64,000 bases of DNA from Giardia intestinalis. Lineage: Eukaryota. The stretch lies in the NCBI GenBank assembly GCA_000002435.2, contig CM018792.1. One strand, written 5' to 3'. The position numbers and the translations under genes are program-made. Every line of letters starts with the position of its first letter. The stretch's first letter is position 1. Shown here piece by piece: positions 18,540 to 29,690 of this stretch. The notes beneath the pieces were generated by a model. It was not told the origin of the DNA and searched no databases. It saw only the letters and a list, made by a program, of their open reading frames with translations.

Positions 18540-21500
18540 ATGCCAGTTGATTACATGTGTCATACATAACGTGGTAGCCAATAGCTTAATATAATGCTAT
18601 CAATACATATGGTTATCATATTAAGACGCAGGACCTAAATGCTACAGGCGGCCTCAGAAAAAGCTCTCTGAGGGAACAAGAAGTGAGGCGACTAATGCAC
18701 CGAGGATGCTGCAGGCCTCTGTCCACGGAATGCAAACCCATTACTATGCAATTCGCTACCACAGGCTTCTGTTTGCGGTGACACAACTGCTGGGTGTCGC
18801 CACGCTCTGGAAGCTAGTGTACGGGCTCACGTTGTAAGGCCGGCGGACCGGAGGATGCAGGGGCCACAGGGTAGCGACTGACCATCATGGTTCTATAGGC
18901 TCTGCGGCTAGTAGCACAGGGGCAGGGATGCTGCATCCCGGTGATTGGCTCAGGGCCGCACTATCCAATGGGCCGACGACCCTCATGTTGTTTCAATCTG
19001 ACGTGGCCTCCACTGCTGCTCCCGTACGAGTTGGAGAAGGGGCTGGCCCCATCGAATGCGGCAGAGAACAACAGGCGCCCGGCCTTCGGGCGAGGAAGCT
19101 GGGTGATCTCGTCCAGGCGAAGCCGACTCCTCACCGTCCTCTGGGTCCTGCCTCTTCTACCGCCCTGGCACAACATAGCTCGGTAGGGGGCGGCGTGTCT
19201 GCGCTACAGGACGCGTCGTCAAGAAAGAGTGGGCCTGGAGAGACCCGACGGCCACCGCTGGGATAGGCCTCAGAAGCCCTTGGCTGCAGGATACGCTACT
19301 GCCAGGGTCAGTGCAGGCTATGGCTTTGAGGAAGCGCAGGACTGATGGGTGCTATCAGGAAACACCTGGCACGTTCTCGTGTAGAGGGGGACTCAGGCTT
19401 GCGGGCTCGGATGTCTGCCATTTCCGTGTCAAGTTGATGTGACCAGATCAGGGGCAGTGGTCGAGGGATCGATCCACAGGCTCCAGAACAATATGTCGAA
19501 GAACAAGCAATCAGACTGGCGGTGGCTTCGGCAGTGTCGTGGCCCGGGCCTCTTCAGCCGCGCTTGATGGAACCCGACGTTGCGCCAGGCGACGGGACAG
19601 GGCACCGGTCGTCCTTAGAGCATGCAGGAGGCGAGGCTTGTGAGCCCATGGGCGTCTGGCCTGCCAGCTGAGGCCACATCGGTGACGAGGCCCAGGGTGA
19701 TGCAGCGTGGATGACCCTGTGCGCGTGTGCTCTGTGATGACGGGCCTGACGGTGAGTGCAGCAAGGTTATAGGCACGGGCTCTGTCTGGGCCAGGGCCCC
19801 AGAGCTCTTTCTGTCGCAGGGAAGAATAGGGCAGCGCGGTGCAAGGAAGGCATCTAGCAGGATGCTGGGAAACTGACCCGATGTGGCAAATCACGGGCGC
19901 TGCCAAACACGGCGTCTCTTCTCTTAGACAGAAGACAGGCAGAGTGGATGATTGCGGAGGCTGCAGTGTCCGTGGTAGATCGCGGCATCGCAAGGTGGCT
20001 GAGTCTGTGCCGGTGTGTCTGTCCGGGCTCTAAGTGCGCTCTGAGGATCACCTGCTGATGGGCTGGAAGGCCCGAGAAGTGATGCGCTGCCCTTGTCATC
20101 GCGGGCAGCGCCCTGTGGCACGCACTCGAGCCAGCGCCTCCTGGTGGCCAGAAGCAGAGCAGAGGCAGACGGCCGGTCGTGCATCCGTCCAGGCGGCTCA
20201 CTGCGTGTAGAGCGAAGAAGACCACCTGCGCCGCTCGGGTTATTGCTCAGCATCAAGTGCGGATGGAAGGCTGGGCCCGGCAACCAGGGCGCCGACCTGC
20301 ACGCTCCCGTCAGCCATCCCAGGCCGGTCAGAAGCCAGGCTCGACAGGCAGTGCAAATGCCAGGGAAGCCAGCGTGACCATCGGGCCCGCGTTTGAATGC
20401 TAAAAAACTTGGGCAGCGATGGCGACTGTCGTCTTCCTGGGAGGGCGCCTCTTCGCACAGGGTCAGCCGTCCTGGCCCTGCATACTGGGTGCGCGGCTCG
20501 AAGGCGCGCTGTGCTAGTTGTGGACCTGTCAGGCGCTGCAGCCTACGAATAGCACGGACGGATGCAACGGAGTGTCCGCGCAGTGCACTGTCATTGTCCC
20601 AGAGAGCTGTTGTTCTAACCATGCGCCCTACACCGGCTCGGCATACCCCTGCTGCTTCCGCTGCTGGTCTGTCTGCCACTTGTTTATTATAGCGGGGGGC
20701 GCATACGCTTATAGTGTCGTCTAGGCACTGTAGTGGTCTTCTCGGACGGTGCATGTATATTCACATGATGGCCGATGGGTGGAGCGGCTGCCTGATCTTA
20801 GAGCTCTCATTGCAACAAGGCGGGGCGTCGGCTGTCTACACGCCTCTAAGCGAGCCCGCGACCTCTGTGCAGATGCCTGCTCGCCGCGCTCCATAGTGAC
20901 GGCTGTACACCCAGAAGGGGTCGCAGAATCCTCCGCTGTCCTTCGAGGTGGACCACGGCTTGTGCACAGGCTAGCGACGGGGCCTGCGCACCAGTTGCTA
21001 TGGGTCCAGTCTGCCGGGCACCTGGATTACAGTGCACGTCAAGACTGCACACTCGTTTGCATGCTCGCTGCTCGTGTTGGACAGAACTGCGAGGGGTCTG
21101 TCTCTGGCCATCCTCGCCTTAGTGCTTGGCCCTTGATGACACGCCTCAGCAGAGGATGGTGTCTTCTAAGTACTCGGAAGACTATCCGTGCCTGGCGGTT
21201 CCTAGAGAGTCGGTTCGCACAGAAAGCGTAGATGTGCCCGGCGGGCTGGCGGGGTAGGGCTGGGGCTACAGAGACTAGCCATTAGCCCGGATTACAGCAG
21301 GGACACCTGTAGTGCCTCCTCGGCTCCTAAGCGTGGAAAGGCCGTAGAACTTGCAGATGAGTTGGAGGCTGGTTTTTGATTTTATGCATTTGCAGCAGAG
21401 CAGAGTTTACTGAAGGTCCACTTATTCTAAATTCGAGGAGCCTCATCTCCTCCTCACACACGGTGAGATGATCGATTGTAGAGGTGTATTGTGCAAACCG

Positions 21501-21978
21501 GTGGCAGTCAGCGTATATCCAGACGGATACTGCCTGCGTCCTCTTGTGGCAGACCACCACCAGGGCTCCAATCTGCACATCTGTTCTGGCATCTGTCGGG
21601 CAATCATCACCTTTGGTCGAATGATTGCTGTACGTCACACAGCTTGAGCCATCCGTCGACCAGGTGGTGCCATAAGCTCTTGTCCCCTACTTGTCCACCC
21701 GATGCAGACTCTGAGCGCCGCCAGTTGCACTCACGTCTGCACTACTCATCTGGATGCCCCCACTCTTCAAGAGCACATGCCCGCAGCCGATGCTCCGTAT
21801 TACAAGAGGAGCCAGCCGGGCCACTGCGCTGTGCATAGCTCTCCTGGGCGTATTGTTATGCGCGCCCAGCCTTTCCATCTATAAGTCACCACGCAGCTCT
21901 TTCCCACCGTCTCGCGTCCACATGTGCGCCAGCGCCGCCGAGCTTTCGTGGTCTCGAGGGGCCCCTGATGCATGGAGC
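18540..21978. other. About 3.4-kb GC-rich tract with no credible ORF and no rRNA/tRNA signature. It is the flank to the left of the palindrome.
   Basis: Only GC-skewed ORFs of low complexity (Arg/Ala/Pro-rich) in all frames. Universal rRNA motifs are absent, and the composition differs from neighbouring genes. Confidence 0.4.
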
Positions 21979-23204
21979 GCTTGCGCAAAGTCCTTCCACC
22001 ACTGACCCAAGCCGACCCCTCGCAAGATCCTTAGCGGAGTTGCGTCCGAGATGTGTGCCTGCGTTGCTGTCCAGGTGCATGTGCCGGCCCTGGTGCTTCC
22101 CACAAGCTTGCGAGCATCGAGCTGGCCGCTACCGAACCGTATCAGAAGTCAGCACCAGGATGTAGTCCCATCAGTCAGGCTCTGCAGGCTCCCAGAGCTA
22201 CGCATCAAAAGGCCGTTCTTCTTTGGTTGTGCAGCGTGGGGAGATGCACCGAACTACCACACCCTCTCCGTGTGGCGTGGTTTACGACGGGGGACGGGGT
22301 CCCTGTGCTCATGTCTATCTGCCCAGGACGAGTCGCAGCCCGGGTTGACAATGACAAGCGAGCATCGCCCGGCTCCTTGTCAGCGGGTGGGAGATCCCGC
22401 CACCCTAGTACCCACAGCAACGGGTGCCGATCACTGGCAGAGGGACACGACACCCAGGCTCCCGTTCCTTCCACTGATGGTAGCCCACTATGAAGAGCCC
22501 TTTGTCGCCTGCACCAACAACCTCAGGCACTGTGGGTCAGAGCGCCTCCATAGTGGACAGCGGTAGCACTATGATGATCTGGGGTGACAGGAGTCCCGGT
22601 CTATCAACTCAGGAGACAGCACGCTTTGGGCAATGCTTCCCTCCTGTCCAGATCTGGGAGGACTGGCTGCCTTCTGAGCCCACCTGGCACCTTGTCAGGT
22701 GATGGAGTGTCTTAAAGTATTCATTACAAAAGATCAGAAATAGCGCCATGCATTCCCAATAGACCAGAACGTCTCCTAGGCTACTCTATGCTGATTCGCA
22801 CCTTTCATGGACCCTAGCGATCACTGTAATCTTCTCTCGGGATCCCGCAAGGGACTGTCCTTGAGTGCGATTCCCCCACGACAGCCGGGAGTCGCAGACA
22901 TAATCCAAAGGGATGAGAGTACTACAGAGGCTGAGAGGAGAGCGCCGATGCACAGGGGTCCGCAGAGACCCGGTTCGTACAGGGAAGGCGTGGAGGCTGG
23001 CTCTCCAGGGATGTAGAGCCACCAGGAAAGGAGCTGGCAGTGGGGCTTAGGCGCAGCAGAGGCACCCGATCCGTCCTCTGATTGGCCGCGAGGCAGTAGG
23101 CGCATGGGGCGGCATCACCGCTTGTTTTTGGATTTTCTGCTTCCCTGCGCGTTGTGCAGGGGTCCGCAGTGGGCTGAGTATCACAGGCTACACATAGTAG
23201 ATGC

Positions 23205-23219
23205 GTTTACTACCTAAGT
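23205..23219 (-). terminator. VSP extended polyadenylation signal ACTTAGGTAGTAAAC
   Basis: Matches the conserved VSP 3' element ACTYAGRTAGTRAAY directly after the stop. Confidence 0.6.
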
Positions 23220-23221
23220 AC

Positions 23222-25465
23222 CTACGCCTTCCCTCTGCAGATGAACCACCAGCAGAGGAAGCCGACGAGGCCGGCCACAATGACAACCGCCGCGACAGAG
23301 ATCCCTGCTATGGCACCGGTAGAAAGGCCGCTCTTATTCGTGCTTCCCCCGGTACTTTCACCGTTCATGAGGTAGCAGAGAACGGAGCCACTACCAGCCG
23401 ATGGAGGGGCGCAGCTAGCGCAGTTGGCGACGCCGGTGATGGATCCCCCGTCGCTCTTGTCGCATGCTATACACTTTTCTTTGGACGGGTAGTACCCTGC
23501 AGCGCACACCGTGCACTTGGTGGCGTCGTTCGCATTGCACTCGGAGCACTCAGTGGCGCAGGGAACACACTTCTTAGTGTTACCGCCAGTCTTAGCATAT
23601 CCAGCCTTACACGTGTCGCACTGGTCCTGGCTGGTGCACGTCTTACATCCGGCCGAGCAAGTGATGAGCGCGCCGTTATTCAGCTTGTACCCGTCGGCCG
23701 GAGTCTGACAGGCATCGCTCGCTTCTGCTGCGGCTAAGCAGACGCTCTTTCCGGGGAACTTGGTCGTCTCATAGCAGCCCCCGTTCATACGAAGAAGCCC
23801 GTTGGCGCATTTGTCACAGACACCAGTCCCTTTGGTAGTGCACGTAATAGCCTTTCCGGCCGCCGCCGAGCAGACTCCGTTCTGTGGAAACTGGCCGGCT
23901 TCCTTGCACTTGGAGCAGTAGGCCGTGCCATCGACCGTCAGCTCGCACTTCTCGCAGTTGTTAGCATTTGGCTCGCATCCTGGTTTGCACGTCCCCGTGT
24001 TGCCCTCTCCTTCGTAGCTGAGGGCCTTCTTAGGCTCACAGCTCGTACACCCGTTGGAGTTCCCGTTCGCGCACGTCTTGCACGAGGTATCGCACTTGGC
24101 ACAGGCGGTTTCTTTCTTGTAGTATCCGTCCTTGCAGGTCTCGCACTGTCCTTGCCCGTTGCACAGGAGGCAGTTCTCGACCTCGCACTTCTTGCAGGCC
24201 TTCTTGCCCCCCTCGTTGGTGCCCGCGTAGTAGCCTCCCAGATCTCCGCACGCATCGATGCACTGGCCCGTGGGCGTGAGGGCCTTAGTGCCCTCGCACT
24301 CTGTGCACACCTCCTTGCTTGTCTTCGGCTCACTGCACGTCTTGCAGCCGGGGGTGTTGCACGGCGCCGCAGGGGGGTCGGACTTCTTCATGCACCCGGT
24401 GCCGGCCTCCTCGGGAACGTAGCCCTCAACGCACTCACAAACGCCAGAGGTCTTTTCCTCGTTGGAGTTCAAGGGGCAGCTTTCAACGCACCCCTTCTTG
24501 TTTGGCTGGACCTTCTTCTGGTTTTCGCACGTCTTGCAGGCGACTGCTCCATCGGCGCCCTTCTCGCACGTCGCGCATCCATTGGAGGTCCCCTCGGCGC
24601 ACGCCTTGCACGTCTTCGGCTCAGTGTCGTCGGCGTAGTGGGTGCTTTGATTCTTGCACTCAGTTTCGGTGACGCACGTGCCAGTGTCGCTGCCATTATC
24701 CTTCTTCAGGTACGGCTTGTCGTCCTTACAGGAGGTGCACTTCGCAGCCTCGGTCTTACAGGTCTTGCAACCAGGATCACACGCCTCACAGGTTTTGGTG
24801 CCGCCATTTTTCACGAAGAACCCTTCGGTGCCGGTGCACTCTTCTTCTGTCACGCAGGAGGTGGCTGAATCTGTAGCCGTCTTCAGATACTTACCTTCTT
24901 GGCACGCAGTGCATGTGGCAGCCTTAGTGCCACTAGCTGATAGTTGCTCTGGTTTCTCACAGGTAGCGCACCCAGCCACCCCCGTGTATATCTTATCGCC
25001 AGTAAGTGTTACGCCCGTCGCGTCTCCGCACGAAACAACAGAGTCGTGGGCGTCGTCTGTATCTGCCGGCGGGACAAAGTACTTATTTCCAGCGACAGCC
25101 TCTGTGCACTTACCAGCATCTGCCGCTTGACACATGGCATTGCCAGGGGGTTTTGCTCGTTCATAGCACCCGCCCTTGTACATGAAGGAGTTGCCGTTAC
25201 ATCCTGTACATTTTCCGCCTGCGTGTGTCTTACATACTGCTGTATCAGACGACACATCTGTGCATACCCCGTTGACAGGAGCGCGATCAGCGGGATCTGC
25301 CTTGCATTGAGAGCAATACAATTTACCATCAATCAGAACGTTGCATGCCTCATCGGCACAATTGGTAGTTTGATCTGCACAGGTAGCCGTTCCAGCTTTT
25401 TCTGCTATCTGTGCCGTCCATACAAACTGAAGGATTACCCCCGCGAGAACAAATCTACAGAACAT
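23222..25465 (-). CDS. vsp: Variant-specific surface protein (VSP), 747 aa, copy A.
   Basis: Signal peptide MFCRFVLAGVILQFVWTAQIA, dozens of CxxC motifs, GGCY motifs, and a C-terminal TM plus invariant CRGKA tail (GLVGFLCWWFICRGKA). Confidence 0.93.
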   Translation of the reverse strand: MFCRFVLAGVILQFVWTAQIAEKAGTATCADQTTNCADEACNVLIDGKLYCSQCKADPADRAPVNGVCTDVSSDTAVCKTHAGGKCTGCNGNSFMYKGGCYERAKPPGNAMCQAADAGKCTEAVAGNKYFVPPADTDDAHDSVVSCGDATGVTLTGDKIYTGVAGCATCEKPEQLSASGTKAATCTACQEGKYLKTATDSATSCVTEEECTGTEGFFVKNGGTKTCEACDPGCKTCKTEAAKCTSCKDDKPYLKKDNGSDTGTCVTETECKNQSTHYADDTEPKTCKACAEGTSNGCATCEKGADGAVACKTCENQKKVQPNKKGCVESCPLNSNEEKTSGVCECVEGYVPEEAGTGCMKKSDPPAAPCNTPGCKTCSEPKTSKEVCTECEGTKALTPTGQCIDACGDLGGYYAGTNEGGKKACKKCEVENCLLCNGQGQCETCKDGYYKKETACAKCDTSCKTCANGNSNGCTSCEPKKALSYEGEGNTGTCKPGCEPNANNCEKCELTVDGTAYCSKCKEAGQFPQNGVCSAAAGKAITCTTKGTGVCDKCANGLLRMNGGCYETTKFPGKSVCLAAAEASDACQTPADGYKLNNGALITCSAGCKTCTSQDQCDTCKAGYAKTGGNTKKCVPCATECSECNANDATKCTVCAAGYYPSKEKCIACDKSDGGSITGVANCASCAPPSAGSGSVLCYLMNGESTGGSTNKSGLSTGAIAGISVAAVVIVAGLVGFLCWWFICRGKA

Positions 25466-26474
25466 TGGGGTCAGCCGGTTACTAGGAGACGGACAGAACT
25501 ATTAATACATTATTATCAATCTGTGTGATACACAGTAGAGTGTAATACTGGGCACACTTCTGAACGACGTCACGTGAGTGATGAGAACGCCATCCTGTCA
25601 TTCGCGGAGGGCCTCTCATTCTCCCTCGTTATAGACCGTGGCAACAGAGACACAACAGGCAGCTCGTCCGTCTCCGTAAGCATTCCAGGGAGTCCTGCCT
25701 GTCTGTACGAGGAGGTTTACTCTTCCACCAAGGACGGTTTCCGGCTGCTTCCGGTACATCAGTCGTGCCTGGACCGCTAGTCTGTTGACCGCTCGGGATT
25801 TCAGATATGAAGGCTTGGATGTGTCCAGGTTCTGGTGGCGGTGATGGAGTATTCCACGTGGGTTTTTGCAGGGGCGGGTCTTTCTGAAGCATACCGCAGG
25901 CAGATCTGCGATACACTGACCCACTACCATTGACGGGTGCTCTTGCGCTAGTCTTGTATCTGGTTCGCTGATGATCCCCCCTAGACGACATCTTCCGCCA
26001 TCTCTCGGAGAAGCGCGGTCTCAGACCAACCTCCAGTGGAACAACTCATCAGTTCCGCCTGTGTGGCGGGCTTCAGGCTTACCTGCAGGCGTAATCCAGA
26101 AATTTCACGAGTGGGTCTCGTCATTCCTGGCCAGTTCAGAGACGAGGGTTGGTCGTTAATGATATAATAGGGATCTCCCTTCACTTGTATACCAGGAGTC
26201 TTTTGCGTCTCTCAGTCGCTCCGCAGGGGTGTGCTCAGGCTGAGTATGCACGCCGGTCCTTTCGGGGTTCAGGCCTTCTCGTGGACTCTCTGCTCTATCA
26301 GTGGCGCCTCTCCTTGGTCTGCCGCCTTGGTGGGTGTAACTCTGGTCACTGTCCTTTTTTAGATGCTCCCGTCTGTCAGGGGCCGTCATCGGGCTCTCCG
26401 CTGGCTGGGCCTCTCAGTGTCCGGGCAGCTGTGGCTCGAGTCAGGGCTCCCACGGTCGCGGTCACTTGGGTCTC

Positions 26475-26600
26475 AGTGGGTCAGCTGGTGGGTGAGGCGG
26501 GGTTGGTGGGTGAGGCTGGAGGGCTCTGGTGGGGGCTGAGGCGGGGGGTGTTGTATGTGCCTCTGGATCCGGTGGGCCAGTGGGGTGGTGGGTGATCCCC
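26475..26600. repeat. G-rich tract (GGTGGGTGAGGC-like units, runs of G3-7) about 1 kb upstream of the VSP inside the IR arm, with potential G-quadruplex formation. Mirrored at 30595..30720.
   Basis: ggtgggtgaggcggggttggtgggtgaggctggagggctctggtgggggctgaggcggggggtg... A diverged second copy of the adjoining about 45-bp motif lies at 26960-27010. Confidence 0.45.
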
Positions 26601-27729
26601 TCTCTGTTTGCCAAGGTGGTTGCGTCTGATCCCCAGCCTTCGTTGCACTCCTGAGACAGAGGCACCGACGATCGTGTCGTGTCCCCTGACTGAGCGCCTC
26701 CCTTGGCCCCTGCATGTCTCGGGCAGTACTGCTTCTCTGTTTGACTAGTACGTGAGTGTTGAGGCAGGCCATCGCAGCCTCTCCTGTTGCTCGCTGGTGC
26801 TCTGTGCGGGTCTGCTGAGCCCCTGGCATGCCCTGTCCAGTGCCTCGACGGTAGTTCACCTCGGGCCAGCAGGGGTGTGGATGAGCCTGTGGATGGGATG
26901 GGGTGCTCTCAGGCCTCTAGTGTGATGGCCCTCGAAGACTGGCATGGTGGGGACCGGGTGGGCGGTGTTGTATGTGTCCCTGGTCCGGTGGGCCATGTCG
27001 GGTGATCGCAGCTGTGGTGACTGGAGGCTGTCTATCTGTGACCCATCCCTCTGTGGACTCGGGAGTGCCCTCCGCCCAGGCAACAGTGGTGCTGCTGGGG
27101 CCCTCGCCTGCGGGCGCTGTCCAAAATCTCGCGAGTAAATTCCCGCTCAATTTTTGGCGATGTCCGGAGACGAGGGTTGGTCACGGGCCGTAACGATAAT
27201 CACAGCGGTTGTAAGGAGGAGCTATCTGCGTTCCTCGGCTGTTCCGTGGGCGTGCGCACAGCTGGACCTGAAGCGTCGAAGAGCCCGCGAGGACCCGATC
27301 CGCATTATGAATGCAAGATCGTACCTCCGGGGCCCCCAGAGAGCAATCGTGAGTCTCTACTCGGGGGACCACTCCGAAGACGTTTACTCTCTCAGCAGGA
27401 CACACGTGCTGGCTCTGTGGCCAACCGTGTGAGAGCGCCAAGCAACTAACCGAGCACCTGAGAGAAGCAAACGATGACAGACACAGAGTGCTGGGCGACG
27501 ACAAGTTGATCATTCCGGCCCAGTACCGAACCGGACAGCTGCCATGCTCATCCACCAAGGTGCACGCATGATCGCGAGCATCGAGCAGGCTGGGACTGGG
27601 GTCGCGCTCCCCGCTATCAAGGGCCTGAACGCCCTGGTGGGAAGCCCCAGAAGACTCAAGCAACACAGTAGAGCAGGCCCAGAGTAAGGCAGACCCAGAC
27701 CCCGAGAAGGCGAGACGCCGGATAGCAAA

Positions 27730-29690
27730 CAGGGTGAACAACGCGCTGAGCTTCGGGGCAGTTGCTAAGGCTCTCCGCGCCCTTGATGAGACACCCATGG
27801 TAGACATCAAGTCGGAGAAGGCCGACCGCCCTCAGCGCGCTACACCTGTGCGTCCTCCCGAAGGCTACGTTGGCCTTGACTACCCTCCATCGATGAACTC
27901 GACGGGCTGGAGCCGGCAACCGAGGAGGAAATGAGGAAGGCCCTGTTGGGACTCTCAACAAGAAGGCCTCGGGCCGGTCCAGCTCAAGGCGATGAAGCAG
28001 AGCGACAGCTTCGTGAAGTACCTCACGCAGGCATACAACGAGCTGACCACCCACCCCGAGGCGATGCCAGAGGTGATGGCCATGCTCGAGTTCCGGGCGA
28101 TCCTCATCCCGAAGGAGTCCGACGGATACCGCCCGATCGCGATAGGCGAGACGGTGACAAACATCTTCCACCGCGTCCTGCTGAAGGGCTGATCAGGCAT
28201 GCCAACTACCTCTTGTGCGAACAGATCGCCTTCATGCAGAACGCATACGCGGTAGGTGTGAGGAGGGCCCACGAGCTCATCAGCAGGCGGGGATGCACGC
28301 CGTCTCCCTCGACATAACGAACGCCCTCAACTCGCTCCCGAGGGCAGAGGTCGCCAGAGCCCTGAACGAGGCGGGCGTCCCGAAGGTCATGGTCGACCAC
28401 ATCGGGGACTTCCTCGACCTGAGGCACAGCCGGGACGTGAAGTGCGAGGTCTGCGGCGTCCCCCAGGGCGACCCGCTCAGCATGCTCCTCTTCTGCATGG
28501 CCATCGAGCGCCTCCTGAGACGCCTCAAGGAGAGAGGCATCCCCTTCCTTGCCTATGCGGACGACATCGTGGCGTTCCACGACGAGGCCTACCCGGCAGG
28601 TGTGATAACACAGCTGGCCATGGGCCTGACGATCAGGAGCGACAATGCAAGTCCACCATGGCGGGCGAGGAGGTGACCTTCCTCAACCACCCGGTGTCCC
28701 CCACTCCAGCAAGCCTTACCCCAAAGGCCATCGCAGGTGCTGAGACTGCCCTGAGGAAGATCGAGAACGCCCCAATAACCACCCACCAGAAGCTCATCCT
28801 GCTGTCACTCTGTGTGATCCCGATGGTGAACTACGCCCCCCTGGTCGAGATAACATCGGACAAGGCGGACTACGAGGAGCTGACAGACGTCGCACAAGGC
28901 TTCAGCAAGCTAGCCAACAGAAGCTGCGATCGCCTGGTCGACTTCCTGGCGTACCCGAAGGAGAAGGGCGGCCCGGGCCTGCTCATGCTGGGACTCTACC
29001 ACGACGAGCTGCGGAGGGCATGGACTCCCTGGACGTCAACAAGGGGGCCAGAGACCCGGTGGAGCTGTCGGTGGAAGGCCAGGCACTGCAAGGGAAGGGG
29101 GCCTACTTCAACCGCCTCCTCACGCGCACACACCAGCTTTCGGACAGAGCGGCGGCGTGCTGACCGAGGAGGAAAGGGCCCTGAAGCAGAGAGATGGCTC
29201 GATCATGGGGCAGACAAGAGGCACCTGCCCGGGCTGCCACACGGCAAGGACCCTCGACCGCGACATGATCGTCACGTGCCTGTACCTCCGCGTCTCGGGG
29301 AAGCTCAACCGGAGCTGGAAGTCAAGACCCACAGCCACCTCAGCGACCAGAACCAGAAGCCCGACATCTGGCTCGTCGACAAGTGCAAGGCAGTGGACGT
29401 GCGTGTCATCCAGCCCCGCCAGATGGATGCCTACTACAACGAGAAGGCCAAGAAGTACAGGGACGGGACGCTCCCGATCATCTACGGGACAGATGGATCC
29501 CTCCACCCCAAGTCCAAGGGGCACCTCGAGGAGCTCCACGTGGACCTCTGTCCGGGCTGCCTTCGCCATCGCCTACATGGCTGCAGAGGCGAACGAGCAC
29601 CTGACGGAGCTGATCAGACGCGACCGGGCCGAAAGCCTGGTCACCCAGAGCGACCGTCTCCTGTCATCCTACTTCTGACAACCGAATGAA
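27730..29690 (+). mobile_element. Decayed, frameshifted non-LTR (LINE) retrotransposon fragment carrying reverse transcriptase and a C-terminal CCHC + PD-(D/E)xK (REL-endo) domain, like GilM/GilT/GilD (NeSL/R2 clade). It sits in the unique spacer between the IR arms.
   Basis: RT motif 0 (TEEEMRKALLGLSTRRP), motifs 1/2 (ILIPKESDGYRPIAIGE), A (HAVSLDITNALNSLP), B' (GVPQGDPLSMLLFCMAIERL) and C (FLAYADDIVAF). Downstream lie CPGCH...C and KPDIWLVDKCKAVDVRVIQP (REL-endo). Motifs are spread over at least 3 reading frames, so the copy is non-functional. Confidence 0.7.

Larger units (their letters stand above)
21979..27240. repeat. Left arm of an apparently perfect 5,262-bp inverted repeat. It contains the 3' flank, a VSP gene and 1.77 kb of VSP upstream sequence.
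   Basis: Every ORF in 21979-27240 has a mirror ORF with an identical protein in 29955-35216 (coordinates sum to 57195). Boundaries and a 55-bp upstream stretch were checked directly: identity begins at gcttgcgcaaag (21979) and ends after ...gcgttcctcggct (27240). Confidence 0.85.

Noticed and set aside
19924-20754. 276-aa ORF and neighbours in the 18.5-22 kb GC-rich tract.
   Set aside because: Low-complexity Arg/Ala/Pro/Gly translations in all six frames, as expected from GC-rich non-coding DNA. No motif, no AT-rich initiator, and no polyA signal.
18540-22000. Possibility that the GC-rich block is rDNA.
   Set aside because: Universal SSU/LSU core motifs (for example GTGCCAGCAGCCGCGGTAA) are absent, and the composition is less extreme than Giardia rDNA.
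23938-24868. ORFs of 117-238 aa on the strand opposite each VSP copy (mirrored at 32327..33257).
   Set aside because: GC-rich antisense frames of the VSP coding sequence. Arg/Ala/Pro-rich, with no independent support.
27181-28171. Minus-strand ORFs (209 aa and 171 aa) in the spacer.
   Set aside because: Antisense to the decayed reverse-transcriptase region. Arg/Leu-rich with no motifs.
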